Positions 39,605-49,751 of a DNA stretch of 64,000 nucleotides are shown piece after piece. Within the stretch, counting starts at the first letter, position 1. The number at the start of each line of letters is the position of its first letter. Under the pieces are notes generated by a model. It had not been told where the DNA came from. It saw nothing but the letters and a program-made list of their open reading frames with translations, and made no database searches. The position numbers were made by a program, and so were the translations under genes. The stretch comes from Gemmatimonadota bacterium (GTDB lineage Bacteria; Gemmatimonadota; Gemmatimonadetes; Palauibacterales; Palauibacteraceae): positions 576,001 to 640,000 of the forward strand of contig OY762926.1 in assembly GCA_963666735.1 (NCBI GenBank), read 5' to 3'.

Positions 39605-42600
39605 GTGGCGCTTCCCGATCTCTCGCTTCGGCGGCCGGTGGCTACGGCGATGCTCTACGTGGGCATCGGCGTGCTGGGCGTGGTGTCGTTCCTCCGTCTG
39701 CCCATCGATCTGCTGCCGGATGTCGCCTTCCCGACGCTGTCCGTGTGGACGACGTATTCGGACGCGGGACCCGCCGAAGTCGAACGCTTCATCACGGAAC
39801 CCATCGAGCAGCAGTTGTACTCGATCCCGGGGGCGCGCCGCATCTCCTCGCGCTCACGGGAGGGGCAGTCGCTCGTGCAGCTCCAGTTCGCGTGGGGCAC
39901 GGACATGGAGTTTGCGACGCTCCACACCCGGGAGAAGCTGGACAACCTGTCCGACCGGCTCCCGGAGGGCTCGGAGCGGCCCACGATTCTGAGATCGGAT
40001 CCGACCAGCGATCCGATCATGACGCTGGCGGTGAGCGGGACCGACCTGCGCAGCCTGCGCGATATCTCAGAAGTCGTCTTCAAGCGCCGCCTGGAGCAGT
40101 TGGACGGCGTCTCGCTCGCGGGGCTGACGGGCGGACCCGAACGGGAACTGCGGGTCATCGTGGACCCGGAGTACCTCGACGTGCACGAGGTCTCGATCAG
40201 CGAGATCTCGAACGCGCTCGACCAGGCGAACTACAACGCCCCCGGGGGCACGATCCAGCGGGGCCGTTTCGAGTACAGCCTGCGCACGCTGGGCCAGTTC
40301 CGGGAGGTGGAGGAGCTGCTCGACGTCGTCATTGCCCGCCCGACGGGGCCCGGAGCCCGTCCGGTACGCCTCGCCGACGTCGCCACCGTCGCCGACACGA
40401 TCGCGGATCTCGAGACGATCGCCCGATTCAACGGAGAGCCGGCCGTCGGGCTGCAGGTGTTCAAGGAGGCGGGGACGAACACGGTCCGCGTGGCGGATGG
40501 GGTGCGCGAAACGCTGGCTCAGCTTGGCGAGGAGTTCCCCGAGGTATCGATCGAGGTCGCCTCCAGCCAGGCGGCCTTCATCCGGGACGCGATCTCGAAT
40601 GTCGTCTCCGCGCTGCTGCTCGGCGGCGCGCTGGCGTTCCTCGTCCTCTTCCTCTTCCTGCGAGATCCGAGGTATCCGCTGGCCATCGGGCTCGCCATTC
40701 CGATCTCGGTCATGGCGGCGTTCGCCCTCTGCTACGCCTTCGACGTCAGTCTCAACATCATGTCCCTCGGCGGCCTCGCGCTCGGGGTCGGCCTGCTCGT
40801 CGACAACTCCATCGTAGTGCTCGAGAACATCTTCCGGCACCGCGAGGAATCGGGCGGGAGCGCGAGGGAATCGGCCGGGCGGGGCGCCCGGGAAGTGGCG
40901 GCCGCGATCACGGCGTCCACGCTCACCACGATCGCGGTGTTCGGTCCGGTGCTGTACGTGGAGGGCGTGGCGGGCGCGCTGTTCGGCGATCTCTCGCTCG
41001 CGGTGACCTTCTCGCTGCTCGCCTCGCTGCTCGTCGCGCTCACGCTGCTTCCGGTGCTCGCGGCCCAGGTGGCCCGGGGGAGGCGGGGAGCTGCAGCGGC
41101 CGATGGCGAAGGCGAGATTGCCGCGTCTGAGCGGCTAGATCCGGCGTGGGCGGAGCCGCCGGGCCGCGTGCGCCGAGTCGGCCGGGCGGTACAGGCGGGC
41201 GCGGCTGCGACCGCGCGAGGCGTCGGGGGCGGGGTGGCCTACGTGGGGCGCTCGGTCCGGCTCACGGGCGTCGATGTCGCGACGGGCGGCGGCAGGTTCC
41301 TCGGTCGCCTCTTCGGTCCCTTCCTGCGGGCTTTCGAGCGCGGGTTCCTCCGTTTCGCCGGGCGGTACGAGCGGACGCTCGAGTGGGCCCTGGAGCACCG
41401 GCTGGGAGTGGTTTCGATCGCCGTCATCGCCCTGGCCGGCGCGGTCGTGCTCGCGGCGTCGCTTCCGCGCGGACTCATGCCGCGCGTCGACGAGCGGCAG
41501 TTCTGGGTCGAACTCAACCTCCCTCAGGGGACGCCGATCCGCACGACGGACGAGGCGGCCCGGAATGTCGAGCGGCTTCTCCTCGACATGGCGGACGTCT
41601 CGGGCATCTTCACGAGAGTGGGCCGCAGCCGGGGCAGCGAACTCGCGGCGCGCGACCTCACGGGACTCAACAACGCGGCCCTCGATGTCCAGCTCGCCGG
41701 ATCGTCCCGGCCGACGCCCGAAGCCATCGCGGAACTCCGCGAGCGGCTCCCGGGGAGCGGACTCGATCCGGCCTTCGTGACGATCGAGACCGGACGGGCG
41801 ACGTCGCTCGGCAGGGCGCTGGCGATCGGGGAAGCCGATCTCGCGGTAAAGGTGCAGAGCGGAGAACTGGATGAACTCGTGCCGGTCGCCGAAGCGATCG
41901 AGACCCGGCTGGAGGGCGTCTCGACGCTGGCGGATGTCCGGCTCGACTTCCTGCGCACGCAGCCGGAACTCGTCATCGAGGTCAACCGGGAGGTGGCGGC
42001 CCGGCACCAGATCACCGTGACGTCCGTTGCGACCGCGATCGAGGACTACCTGCGCGGGTCGGAGACGAGGAACGCCTACTCGGTATTCGCAGACAAGATC
42101 GACATCCGGGTGACGATCCCGGAGGCGGCGCGCCGCGAACTCGACCGCGTGCTCGCGCTTCGGCTGCAGGGCGTGCCGATCGGTGAACTGGTGACGGTCC
42201 GGCAGGGGTTCGGTCCGGTCGAGATCCGGCGGGAGGATCAGAACCGCACGATTCAGGTGCTCGCGGACGTGGCCGATGGCGGACTGCGCACGGCGGTGCG
42301 GGAGGTGGAAGCCGCGATTGCGGATATCCCGCGGCCGGCGCTCACGACCGTGCGCGTGGGCGGCGAGAACGAGGAGATGCAGGAGAGCTTCCGCTCGCTC
42401 ACCTTCGCCTTCGCCCTCGCGCTGGCGCTCGTTTTCCTCATCATGGCCGCGCAGTTCGAGTCGCTCGTGCAGCCGCTCGTCGTCCTCACCGCGGTGCCGC
42501 TCGCCGCGATCGGGGCGGTGACGGCGCTGTGGATCGCGGGGGACGGCCTCAACGCGATGAGCGGGATCGGACTCGTGATCCTCATCGGCATCGTCGTCAA

Positions 42601-43015
42601 CGACGCGATCGTGAAGGTCGACTTCATCAATCAACGAAGAAGATCCGGCCTGACGAAGCGGAATGCGATCCTTGAAGCGGGCCGGCTCAGGCTCCGTCCC
42701 ATCGTGATGACGACCATCACGACCGTGGTTGGGCTGCTCCCGCTCGCCGCCGGGCTGGGAGCCGGGGCCGACCTCCGCGCGCCGCTGGCCGTAGCGGTGA
42801 TCGGCGGTCTCCTCTCCGCGACGTTCCTCACGCTCATCGTCGTGCCCGTGGTATACTCGATCATGGTCGAACCATCCGTGTCGGTGGGGCGGGAACCGGA
42901 CCCGCGGCCCGAGCGTCGCGACCCGGCAGCGCTCCAGCCGAAGCCGGGGTACGGACTCGGCGGCCGCTCCGGGCCGGCGGCTCCGGGCATGGCGCGAGGG
43001 AGCGTGGAACCATGA
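39605..43015 (+). CDS. RND efflux permease subunit 1
   Basis: RRPVAT, LPIDLLP, GLLVDNSIVVLENI, AQFESLVQP, GIVVNDAI, RLRPIVMT. Confidence 0.95.
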   Translation: MALPDLSLRRPVATAMLYVGIGVLGVVSFLRLPIDLLPDVAFPTLSVWTTYSDAGPAEVERFITEPIEQQLYSIPGARRISSRSREGQSLVQLQFAWGTDMEFATLHTREKLDNLSDRLPEGSERPTILRSDPTSDPIMTLAVSGTDLRSLRDISEVVFKRRLEQLDGVSLAGLTGGPERELRVIVDPEYLDVHEVSISEISNALDQANYNAPGGTIQRGRFEYSLRTLGQFREVEELLDVVIARPTGPGARPVRLADVATVADTIADLETIARFNGEPAVGLQVFKEAGTNTVRVADGVRETLAQLGEEFPEVSIEVASSQAAFIRDAISNVVSALLLGGALAFLVLFLFLRDPRYPLAIGLAIPISVMAAFALCYAFDVSLNIMSLGGLALGVGLLVDNSIVVLENIFRHREESGGSARESAGRGAREVAAAITASTLTTIAVFGPVLYVEGVAGALFGDLSLAVTFSLLASLLVALTLLPVLAAQVARGRRGAAAADGEGEIAASERLDPAWAEPPGRVRRVGRAVQAGAAATARGVGGGVAYVGRSVRLTGVDVATGGGRFLGRLFGPFLRAFERGFLRFAGRYERTLEWALEHRLGVVSIAVIALAGAVVLAASLPRGLMPRVDERQFWVELNLPQGTPIRTTDEAARNVERLLLDMADVSGIFTRVGRSRGSELAARDLTGLNNAALDVQLAGSSRPTPEAIAELRERLPGSGLDPAFVTIETGRATSLGRALAIGEADLAVKVQSGELDELVPVAEAIETRLEGVSTLADVRLDFLRTQPELVIEVNREVAARHQITVTSVATAIEDYLRGSETRNAYSVFADKIDIRVTIPEAARRELDRVLALRLQGVPIGELVTVRQGFGPVEIRREDQNRTIQVLADVADGGLRTAVREVEAAIADIPRPALTTVRVGGENEEMQESFRSLTFAFALALALVFLIMAAQFESLVQPLVVLTAVPLAAIGAVTALWIAGDGLNAMSGIGLVILIGIVVNDAIVKVDFINQRRRSGLTKRNAILEAGRLRLRPIVMTTITTVVGLLPLAAGLGAGADLRAPLAVAVIGGLLSATFLTLIVVPVVYSIMVEPSVSVGREPDPRPERRDPAALQPKPGYGLGGRSGPAAPGMARGSVEP

Positions 43016-46000
43016 TCGATCTGGCCATCCGCCGACCGGTGGCGACCGCGGCGATCTACGTCGCCCTCTTCGCGCTCGGCGTGACGAGCTTCCGGCTCAT
43101 TCCGGTCGAGGACCTGCCCGAAGTCGAATTCCCCCGCCTCACGGTCACCGCCACCTGGAACGGTGCCTCGCCCGAGGCGTTGGAGGCGTTCGTGACCGCG
43201 CCGCTCGAAACCGTCATCCAGCAGGTCGGCGGCGTCGAGAAGGTCGTCTCGGAGTCCGCCGCCGATGCGCGCGGGACGGGCTCCAGCGCCCGGATCGACA
43301 TCGACTTCGAGCGCGACACGCGCATGGAGTTCGCCCGTCTCGAGCTGAGCGAGCGGATCAACTCGATCCGGGATGAGTTGCCCGAGGGCGTGATGCCCAG
43401 CCTCTCCGAGTATGTCCCCCAGGAATTTGCGGAGGAAGAGGAGCAACTCCTCAGCTTTTCGCTGACGGGGCCCTATACGTTCGCGCGCCTGGGGGAGATC
43501 GCCGAGGAGGAGATCGAGCCGTTCGTGCGGGGACTGCCGGGCGTGTCCGCGGTGGAGGTCTACGGGGCCGAACGCCGCGAGATCGCCGTCGAGCTCGACC
43601 GGAGCCGGCTGGAGGCGCTCGGGCTGCGGCCGCAGGAGATCAGCGCCCGGATCGTCGAGCTTTCCGAGCCGAAGGCCCCGGGATCGGTCGAACTCGATGG
43701 GCGGCAGTTCGCCATCGCGGTCCGCACCCGAGCTCTCGAGGTGTCGGACATCGCGGACATGATCGTCCTCACGCGGCCCGACGGCGCGGTCCGCGTCGGC
43801 GATCTGGGGCAGGTGCGCGACCAGACTGAAGATCCGATGTTCTTCTGGCGCATCAACTCCCAGCCCACGATCTCGATCAACGTGTACCGCCAGTCGGGTA
43901 CGAACGTGATCCAGGTCGCGGACGACGTGAAGGCCGAGATGACCGAACTGGCCTCCGCCCTCCCGGCGGGCGTGGCCCTCGAGTTGCTGCGCGATCAGAG
44001 CGAGAACATCCGGGAGCAGCTCACGGAGCTTCGGCTCCGGGCCATCGCGGCCGCGATCGTGATCTTCATCGTACTCACGATCTTCCTGCGGTCGCTCGGC
44101 GCCGTCCTCGTCGTGTTCGCGACGATCGGCTTCAGCGTCTTGACCGCGGTGAACTTCCTCTACATGGGCGGTTTCTCACTGAACCTGCTCACGCTGTGGG
44201 GACTCGCGTGGGGGTTCGGCCTCGTCGTCGACAACGGCATCGTCGTTCTAGAAAACGTGGAACGTCACCGCCGGGCCGGGGCGGGGCCATCCGATGCCGC
44301 GCGCCGCGGGGCGCGCCAGGTCGTCCTGCCCGTCCTCGCCGCGACGATGACGACCGCGATCGTACTCGTACCCTTCCTCTTCCTGCAGGGGGAGTTGCGG
44401 GTCTACTACCTGCCGCTGTCCTTCGCCGTGGGTTTCTCGATCATCGCGAGTCTCTTCGTCGCGTTCACCTTCGTTCCGGCCCTCGCCTCGCGGGTCGCCC
44501 GCATGCGGGATTCCACCGGGGCCGTGGTCGACCCGGCCCTGACGACCGGGGAAGCCGCGTCGGCGCCGGCCCGGCGGTCCGAACCGTTCTACATCGCGGG
44601 ATACCGGTCGCTCCTCGGGTTCGCCCTGCGGCACCCCGTCGTCATCGCCGCCGTCTGTCTCGGGAGCCTCGCCGGGAGCTGGTATCTGTTCGACGAGCAT
44701 GTGAACACCGGGAGTTACTGGAGCGGCTTCGGCGGGCGCGGCAGCGGTATCTCGATCACGATCAACTTCCCGCGCGGCGCGGGACTGGAGCGCACGGACG
44801 AACTTGTGCGCTCCTTCGAGGCGAAGCTCGCCACCATCGATGAAGTGAAACGCTTCGAGGCCCGGGTCCAGCCGAACTACGCCCGCATGCGCGCGGAATT
44901 CCCCGACGAACTCGAACACACGTCCATCCCGGTGGCCATCAAGGACCAGATGGTGGCCTACAGCTACGGGTTTTCGGGCGTCGACGTCTTCGTGCGCGGA
45001 TACGGTCCCAGCTTCTACGGCGGCGGCTCGAGTCCGCCCAACTACCGCCTCCAGGTGCTCGGGTACAACTATCTGACGGTGCAGGAGATCGCCGAGGAGA
45101 TTGCGTCGCGGCTGACGCGATTCTCCCGCATCCGCGACGTGGACCCGAACGCGACCAGCGGCTTCTTCCGGCGCGACAAGGAATTCGAATACTACGTGGA
45201 GCCGGACCGTGAGGCGCTGGCGGCCTACAATCTCCCCGTCTCGCAGTTGCTCGACTACGTGTCCCGCAACATTGAGGGCCGGCCGTCCGGGAGCCGGATC
45301 AGGGTGGGCGGAGAGGAGGTCCAGTACGCCGTCAAGGTGGACGGGTACCGCGAGTTCGACTTCTACGATCTGAGCGACCTGCGGGTGCCGATCTCCTCCC
45401 GCGAGGAACTCCGGCTCGCCAGCGTTGCGGAGGTGGGGCGCCGGCAGGTCCTGGCCAGCATCCGGCGCGAAGACCAGCAGTATGAGAGGACGGTGGCCTG
45501 GGAGTTCCGGGGGCCGGCAAAGCTCGGCGACGTGGTGCGCGACGCGGTGGTGGACGCGATGGAACTCCCGCCGGGATACAGGATCGAGGAGTCCCGCATC
45601 GGGGGCTGGACGACGGAGGAGACGACGCAGATGTGGGTCGTCCTCGCCTTCTCCATCCTCCTCATCTACATGGTGACCGCGGGGCTGTTCGAGTCGCTCG
45701 CGGCGCCGTTCGTCGTGCTCTTCTCGCTGCCGTTCGCCCTCATCGGGGTCTTCCTCATCTTCTTCTATACCGACGCCACCTTCACCCGCACCGCGTTCAT
45801 CGGCACGATCATGATGGGCGGCATCGTCGTGAACAATGCCATCCTTGTGGTCTACCACATCGGCGAATTGCGCAAACGCATGCCGACGGGCGCCGCGATC
45901 GTGCAGGGGACGCTGGAGCGCGTACGTCCCATCCTCATGACGACGCTGACGACGGTGTTCGGACTCCTGCCTCTCGTCCTCTTCGCCTCCTCCCAGGATG

Positions 46001-46116
46001 AGAACATCTGGAACGCGCTCGCGCTGGCCACCATCGGGGGGCTGATCTCGAGTACCCTGTTCGTGCTCGTCGCAATTCCGGTCGCATATCGTTACATCGT
46101 GGCACGCCGTATCTGA
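43012..46116 (+). CDS. RND efflux permease subunit 2
   Basis: IRRPVAT, GLVVDNGIVVLEN, LFESLAAP, GIVVNNAI, RVRPILMT. Confidence 0.95.
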   Translation: MIDLAIRRPVATAAIYVALFALGVTSFRLIPVEDLPEVEFPRLTVTATWNGASPEALEAFVTAPLETVIQQVGGVEKVVSESAADARGTGSSARIDIDFERDTRMEFARLELSERINSIRDELPEGVMPSLSEYVPQEFAEEEEQLLSFSLTGPYTFARLGEIAEEEIEPFVRGLPGVSAVEVYGAERREIAVELDRSRLEALGLRPQEISARIVELSEPKAPGSVELDGRQFAIAVRTRALEVSDIADMIVLTRPDGAVRVGDLGQVRDQTEDPMFFWRINSQPTISINVYRQSGTNVIQVADDVKAEMTELASALPAGVALELLRDQSENIREQLTELRLRAIAAAIVIFIVLTIFLRSLGAVLVVFATIGFSVLTAVNFLYMGGFSLNLLTLWGLAWGFGLVVDNGIVVLENVERHRRAGAGPSDAARRGARQVVLPVLAATMTTAIVLVPFLFLQGELRVYYLPLSFAVGFSIIASLFVAFTFVPALASRVARMRDSTGAVVDPALTTGEAASAPARRSEPFYIAGYRSLLGFALRHPVVIAAVCLGSLAGSWYLFDEHVNTGSYWSGFGGRGSGISITINFPRGAGLERTDELVRSFEAKLATIDEVKRFEARVQPNYARMRAEFPDELEHTSIPVAIKDQMVAYSYGFSGVDVFVRGYGPSFYGGGSSPPNYRLQVLGYNYLTVQEIAEEIASRLTRFSRIRDVDPNATSGFFRRDKEFEYYVEPDREALAAYNLPVSQLLDYVSRNIEGRPSGSRIRVGGEEVQYAVKVDGYREFDFYDLSDLRVPISSREELRLASVAEVGRRQVLASIRREDQQYERTVAWEFRGPAKLGDVVRDAVVDAMELPPGYRIEESRIGGWTTEETTQMWVVLAFSILLIYMVTAGLFESLAAPFVVLFSLPFALIGVFLIFFYTDATFTRTAFIGTIMMGGIVVNNAILVVYHIGELRKRMPTGAAIVQGTLERVRPILMTTLTTVFGLLPLVLFASSQDENIWNALALATIGGLISSTLFVLVAIPVAYRYIVARRI

Positions 46117-46183
46117 CGGCACGCCCGGCGGCAGGCCTCGGTCTGCCGGGGCGCAATACACACAAGAGCTGACGGGGGTCGAG

Positions 46184-46870
46184 ATGGTACGGTCGCGTCT
46201 ATCCAGGTCCGGTTTCAGGCCGGGTTGGCTGCTCCTCGGGTGTCTGGTGGCGGGAGTCGCCTGCGAGGGGGGTGGAGGGCCGAGCGAATTCCTGCGGGAC
46301 CCGGCTTCGGCAGAGGTGAACATGACGGCTCCGGAGACTTTTCAGGCTCGTTTCGAGACTTCGAAGGGAACGTTCGTGGTGGAGGTGCATCGCCAGTGGG
46401 CCCCCAACGGCGTGGACCGCTTCTACAACCTGGTGGAGAACGGGTTCTTCGACGACGTGAGGTTCTTCCGCGTGATCGCCGGTTTCATGGCGCAGTTCGG
46501 GATCAATGGAGACCCGGAGATCCAGAGCGCGTGGCGGGAGGCGAACATCCAGGATGACCCGGTGGTAACGGGGAATACGCGCGGGCGGGTGAGCTTTGCC
46601 CAGACGTCGATGCCGAACAGCCGGAGCACGCAGCTCTTCATCAACTTCGGCGACAACTCGCGTCTCGACGGGATGGGGTTCGCGGCCATCGGCGAGGTGA
46701 TTTCGGGCATGGATGTCGTGGACGCGCTGTATTCCGGGTACGGCGAGGGGGCGCCGGGCGGGAGCGGGCCTAGCCAGGGGCGGATCCAGGAGGAAGGGAA
46801 CGCCTACCTGGAGGCGGAGTTCGCCGAACTGGACTACATCGAGCGGGCGACGATCAGCGGTGGGAACTAG
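46184..46870 (+). CDS. Cyclophilin-type peptidyl-prolyl isomerase, probable lipoprotein
   Basis: Lipobox-like GVAC; FFRVIAGFMAQFG, RSTQLFIN, GEVISGMDVVD. Confidence 0.93.
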   Translation: MVRSRLSRSGFRPGWLLLGCLVAGVACEGGGGPSEFLRDPASAEVNMTAPETFQARFETSKGTFVVEVHRQWAPNGVDRFYNLVENGFFDDVRFFRVIAGFMAQFGINGDPEIQSAWREANIQDDPVVTGNTRGRVSFAQTSMPNSRSTQLFINFGDNSRLDGMGFAAIGEVISGMDVVDALYSGYGEGAPGGSGPSQGRIQEEGNAYLEAEFAELDYIERATISGGN

Positions 46871-48020
46871 CCGGACGGGCAGCCGGACGGGGTCGGCGGC
46901 GCTCCTCTTCGCGGCCATGACGGTGCTGCCGCCCACGGACGCCATGAGCCAGGAGGCGGGACAGGTCGGCGAGGAGCGGCCGCGCGCGCGGGACGCGGGC
47001 GTTCTCATCGGGAGGCTGCCGACGGGACCGCTGAACGCGATCACGGACGTGTCCGGGGTGCGGGTGGGCCACCGCACGGTGTGGGTGGGCGACTCGATCC
47101 GTACCGGAATCACCGCGATTCTCCCGCACGGCGACAATGTCTTCGAGCGGCGGGTGCGGGCGGCGGTGGCGGTCGGGAACGGCTTCGGCAAGCTCGTGGG
47201 GCTGAGCCAGGTCAACGAACTGGGAGAGATCGAAACGCCGATTCTCCTCACGGGGACGCTGAGCGTGTTCCGCGCGGCGGACGCGCTCCTGGACACCCTG
47301 CTCTCGCTCCCGGCGAATCACGACGTGCGGTCGATGAATCCGGTCGTCGGGGAGACGAACGACGGATACCTGAGCGACATCCGCGTGCGCCCGATCCGGC
47401 CCGAGCATGTGCGCGAGGCGCTGCGGACCGCGGCGAGCGGCCCCGTGGAGGAGGGGTCGGTCGGGGCCGGGACGGGGACGATCGCATTCGGCTGGAAGGG
47501 CGGCATCGGAACCTCGTCGCGCCGGTTCGAGATCGGCGGACGGATCGTGAACGTCGGCGTGCTCGTGCAGAGCAACTTCGGCGGCTCGTTGCGGATCGAT
47601 GGCGTGCGCGTGGGAGAGAAGCTTGCCGCGGCCGGCCTGCGCGGAGGGCGCGACCAGGGGGATGGCGACGGTTCCGTGATGATCGTGATCGCGACGGACC
47701 TGCCGCTGGCGCACCGCGAACTGGACCGGGTGGCCGACCGCGGGTTCATGGGGATCGCCCGCACGGGGTCGCACATGTCGCACGGGTCGGGCGACTATGC
47801 GATCGCCTTCTCGACCGGCGAGGGGGCTGCGGTCCGGGACGGACGCTCGTTGTCCCGCGTCTTCGAGGCGGTGGTCGAGGCGACGGACGAAGCCGTCATC
47901 AACTCCCTGTTCGGGGCGACGTCGGTGACGGGGCATCGGGGGCGGACGGTCGAATCGCTCCCGCTCGAACCCACGCTGCGGCTGCTCCGCGAGGCGGGCG
48001 TGCTCGGGACGCCGCGGTGA
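46860..48020 (+). CDS. P1/S58 family aminopeptidase (DmpA-like); start uncertain (46860 GTG or 46917 ATG)
   Basis: NAITDVSGVRVGH, GETNDGYL, GAGTG..WKGGIG, autocleavage site DG-SVMIVIATD, SGDYAIAFST. Confidence 0.9.
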   Translation: MGTSRTGSRTGSAALLFAAMTVLPPTDAMSQEAGQVGEERPRARDAGVLIGRLPTGPLNAITDVSGVRVGHRTVWVGDSIRTGITAILPHGDNVFERRVRAAVAVGNGFGKLVGLSQVNELGEIETPILLTGTLSVFRAADALLDTLLSLPANHDVRSMNPVVGETNDGYLSDIRVRPIRPEHVREALRTAASGPVEEGSVGAGTGTIAFGWKGGIGTSSRRFEIGGRIVNVGVLVQSNFGGSLRIDGVRVGEKLAAAGLRGGRDQGDGDGSVMIVIATDLPLAHRELDRVADRGFMGIARTGSHMSHGSGDYAIAFSTGEGAAVRDGRSLSRVFEAVVEATDEAVINSLFGATSVTGHRGRTVESLPLEPTLRLLREAGVLGTPR

Positions 48021-49723
48021 AACCGCTGATTCCCGCATCCGAGCAGCCGCCGCTGCCGCGGGGGCGCTTCATCATCGAAGAGGACCCCGGCCCGGAGGCC
48101 GTGCCGCTTGATGTCCTCTTCGTGGGTGGAGGTCCCGCCGGGCTGGCGGGAGCGATCCGGCTGGCGCAGCTCTCGGCGCGCGACCGCGCGGAGGGCGGGC
48201 CGCTCGCCGGCCTCGAGATCGGCGTGCTCGAGAAGTCGGGGGAACTCGGGGAGCACTGTCTCTCGGGGGCCGTCGTGAACCCGGAAGCCTTTCGGACGCT
48301 CTTTCCGGGTCTCGGCGAGGCGGATCTTCCGCTCCGGGGCCGCGTGGCGGGCGACCGGGTGCTGTTCCTCTCGCAACGCGGGAAGATCCGGGTCCCGACC
48401 CCGCCGTCGATGCGGAACCACGGCCATCGTGTGGGCTCGATCTGCGAGATCGCGCGCTGGCTGGGTGCGAAGGCGGAGGAGCTCGGGGTCAACGTATTCA
48501 CAGGGTTCCCCGCCGAGGCGCTCTTCATGCGCGGAAGGCACGTCCTGGGCGTCCGCACGACGCCGGCCGGCCTTGACCGGGAGGGGAATCCGGCGGGCGG
48601 CTACATGCCGGCCACGGACCTCTGCGCGCGGGCCACCGTTCTTGCCGAGGGGACTCGCGGGCCTCTGAGCCAGGCCTGGCTCGAGCGAGAGGGCGCTGGC
48701 TCGGCCAATCCGCAGATCTTCGCGCTCGGAGTCAAGGAGCTGTGGGAGGTCGCGCAGCCGCCTGATGCGGTCACACATACCATGGGCTGGCCGCTTCCGC
48801 GGGATGCCTTCGGGGGCAGTTTCATCTACCCCATGGGCGAAAATCTCGTGTCCCTGGGTCTCGTCGTGGGTCTGGATGCGCCCTACGTCGACCTCGACGT
48901 GCACGCGCTGTTGCAGCGCTTCAAGCAGCACCCGTTCGTGCGCGAGATCCTGGACGGCGGCGAACTCGTGGAGTGGGGAGCGAAGACGATTCCGGAGGGC
49001 GGATACCACGCCATCCCCGACCGCCTGAGCGGGGATGGGTTGCTCATTGCGGGAGATGCCGCGGGACTCGTGGATGTCGCGTCTCTGAAGGGCATCCACT
49101 ACGCGATGCGGTCGGGCATTCTCGCGGCGGATGCCATCGGCCGGGCCTTGTCGGACGGGCACGACGGGGCGGACGGAGCGGAGGGCGCTGTCTCCGCGGC
49201 TCGACTGGCGTCCTACGACGCGGCACTGAGGGAGAGCCTCATCCGGGATCCGCTGTACCGCAACCGAAACCAGCGGCTCGCCTTCAAGTCCGGATTCTTC
49301 TCGGGCGGCGTCAAGGCAGGGATCATGCAGGCGACGGGTGGCAGGTTCCCCGGTGCCCGCATCCCGAGCGAGCCCGATGCGGCGCGCCCTCGCCGCAAGC
49401 GGCTGGACCTCGAGTCGGTGTATGAAGGGGAGCACGCCGTCGCCAAGGTCGACGCGGTCTTCCGCTCCGGCAACGCGACCCGGGATGACATCCCCTCGCA
49501 CCTCGTCACAGGGGAAGAAGAGGGGGAAGAAGCGGGAGAAGCCGTATCGCCGGAGATGCTGGAGTTGTACGAGAGCCTTTGCCCGGCGGCCGTGTACGAG
49601 CGCGATGGCGACCGCCTGGTCGTGAACGCGCCGAACTGCATCGACTGCAAGGCGACGGATGTCCTGGGACCTCGCTGGATGCCGCGGGAGGGCGGCAGCG
49701 GCCCGGTCTACAAGAGGATGTGA
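48017..49723 (+). CDS. Electron transfer flavoprotein-quinone oxidoreductase
   Basis: GGGPAGL, HCLSGA, AEGTRG, WGAKTIPEGG, KGIHYAM, CPAAVYE..NCIDCK..EGGSGP. Confidence 0.92.
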   Translation: MKPLIPASEQPPLPRGRFIIEEDPGPEAVPLDVLFVGGGPAGLAGAIRLAQLSARDRAEGGPLAGLEIGVLEKSGELGEHCLSGAVVNPEAFRTLFPGLGEADLPLRGRVAGDRVLFLSQRGKIRVPTPPSMRNHGHRVGSICEIARWLGAKAEELGVNVFTGFPAEALFMRGRHVLGVRTTPAGLDREGNPAGGYMPATDLCARATVLAEGTRGPLSQAWLEREGAGSANPQIFALGVKELWEVAQPPDAVTHTMGWPLPRDAFGGSFIYPMGENLVSLGLVVGLDAPYVDLDVHALLQRFKQHPFVREILDGGELVEWGAKTIPEGGYHAIPDRLSGDGLLIAGDAAGLVDVASLKGIHYAMRSGILAADAIGRALSDGHDGADGAEGAVSAARLASYDAALRESLIRDPLYRNRNQRLAFKSGFFSGGVKAGIMQATGGRFPGARIPSEPDAARPRRKRLDLESVYEGEHAVAKVDAVFRSGNATRDDIPSHLVTGEEEGEEAGEAVSPEMLELYESLCPAAVYERDGDRLVVNAPNCIDCKATDVLGPRWMPREGGSGPVYKRM

Positions 49724-49751
49724 GCCCGGCGGGCCGACACGGCCTGCCGGG

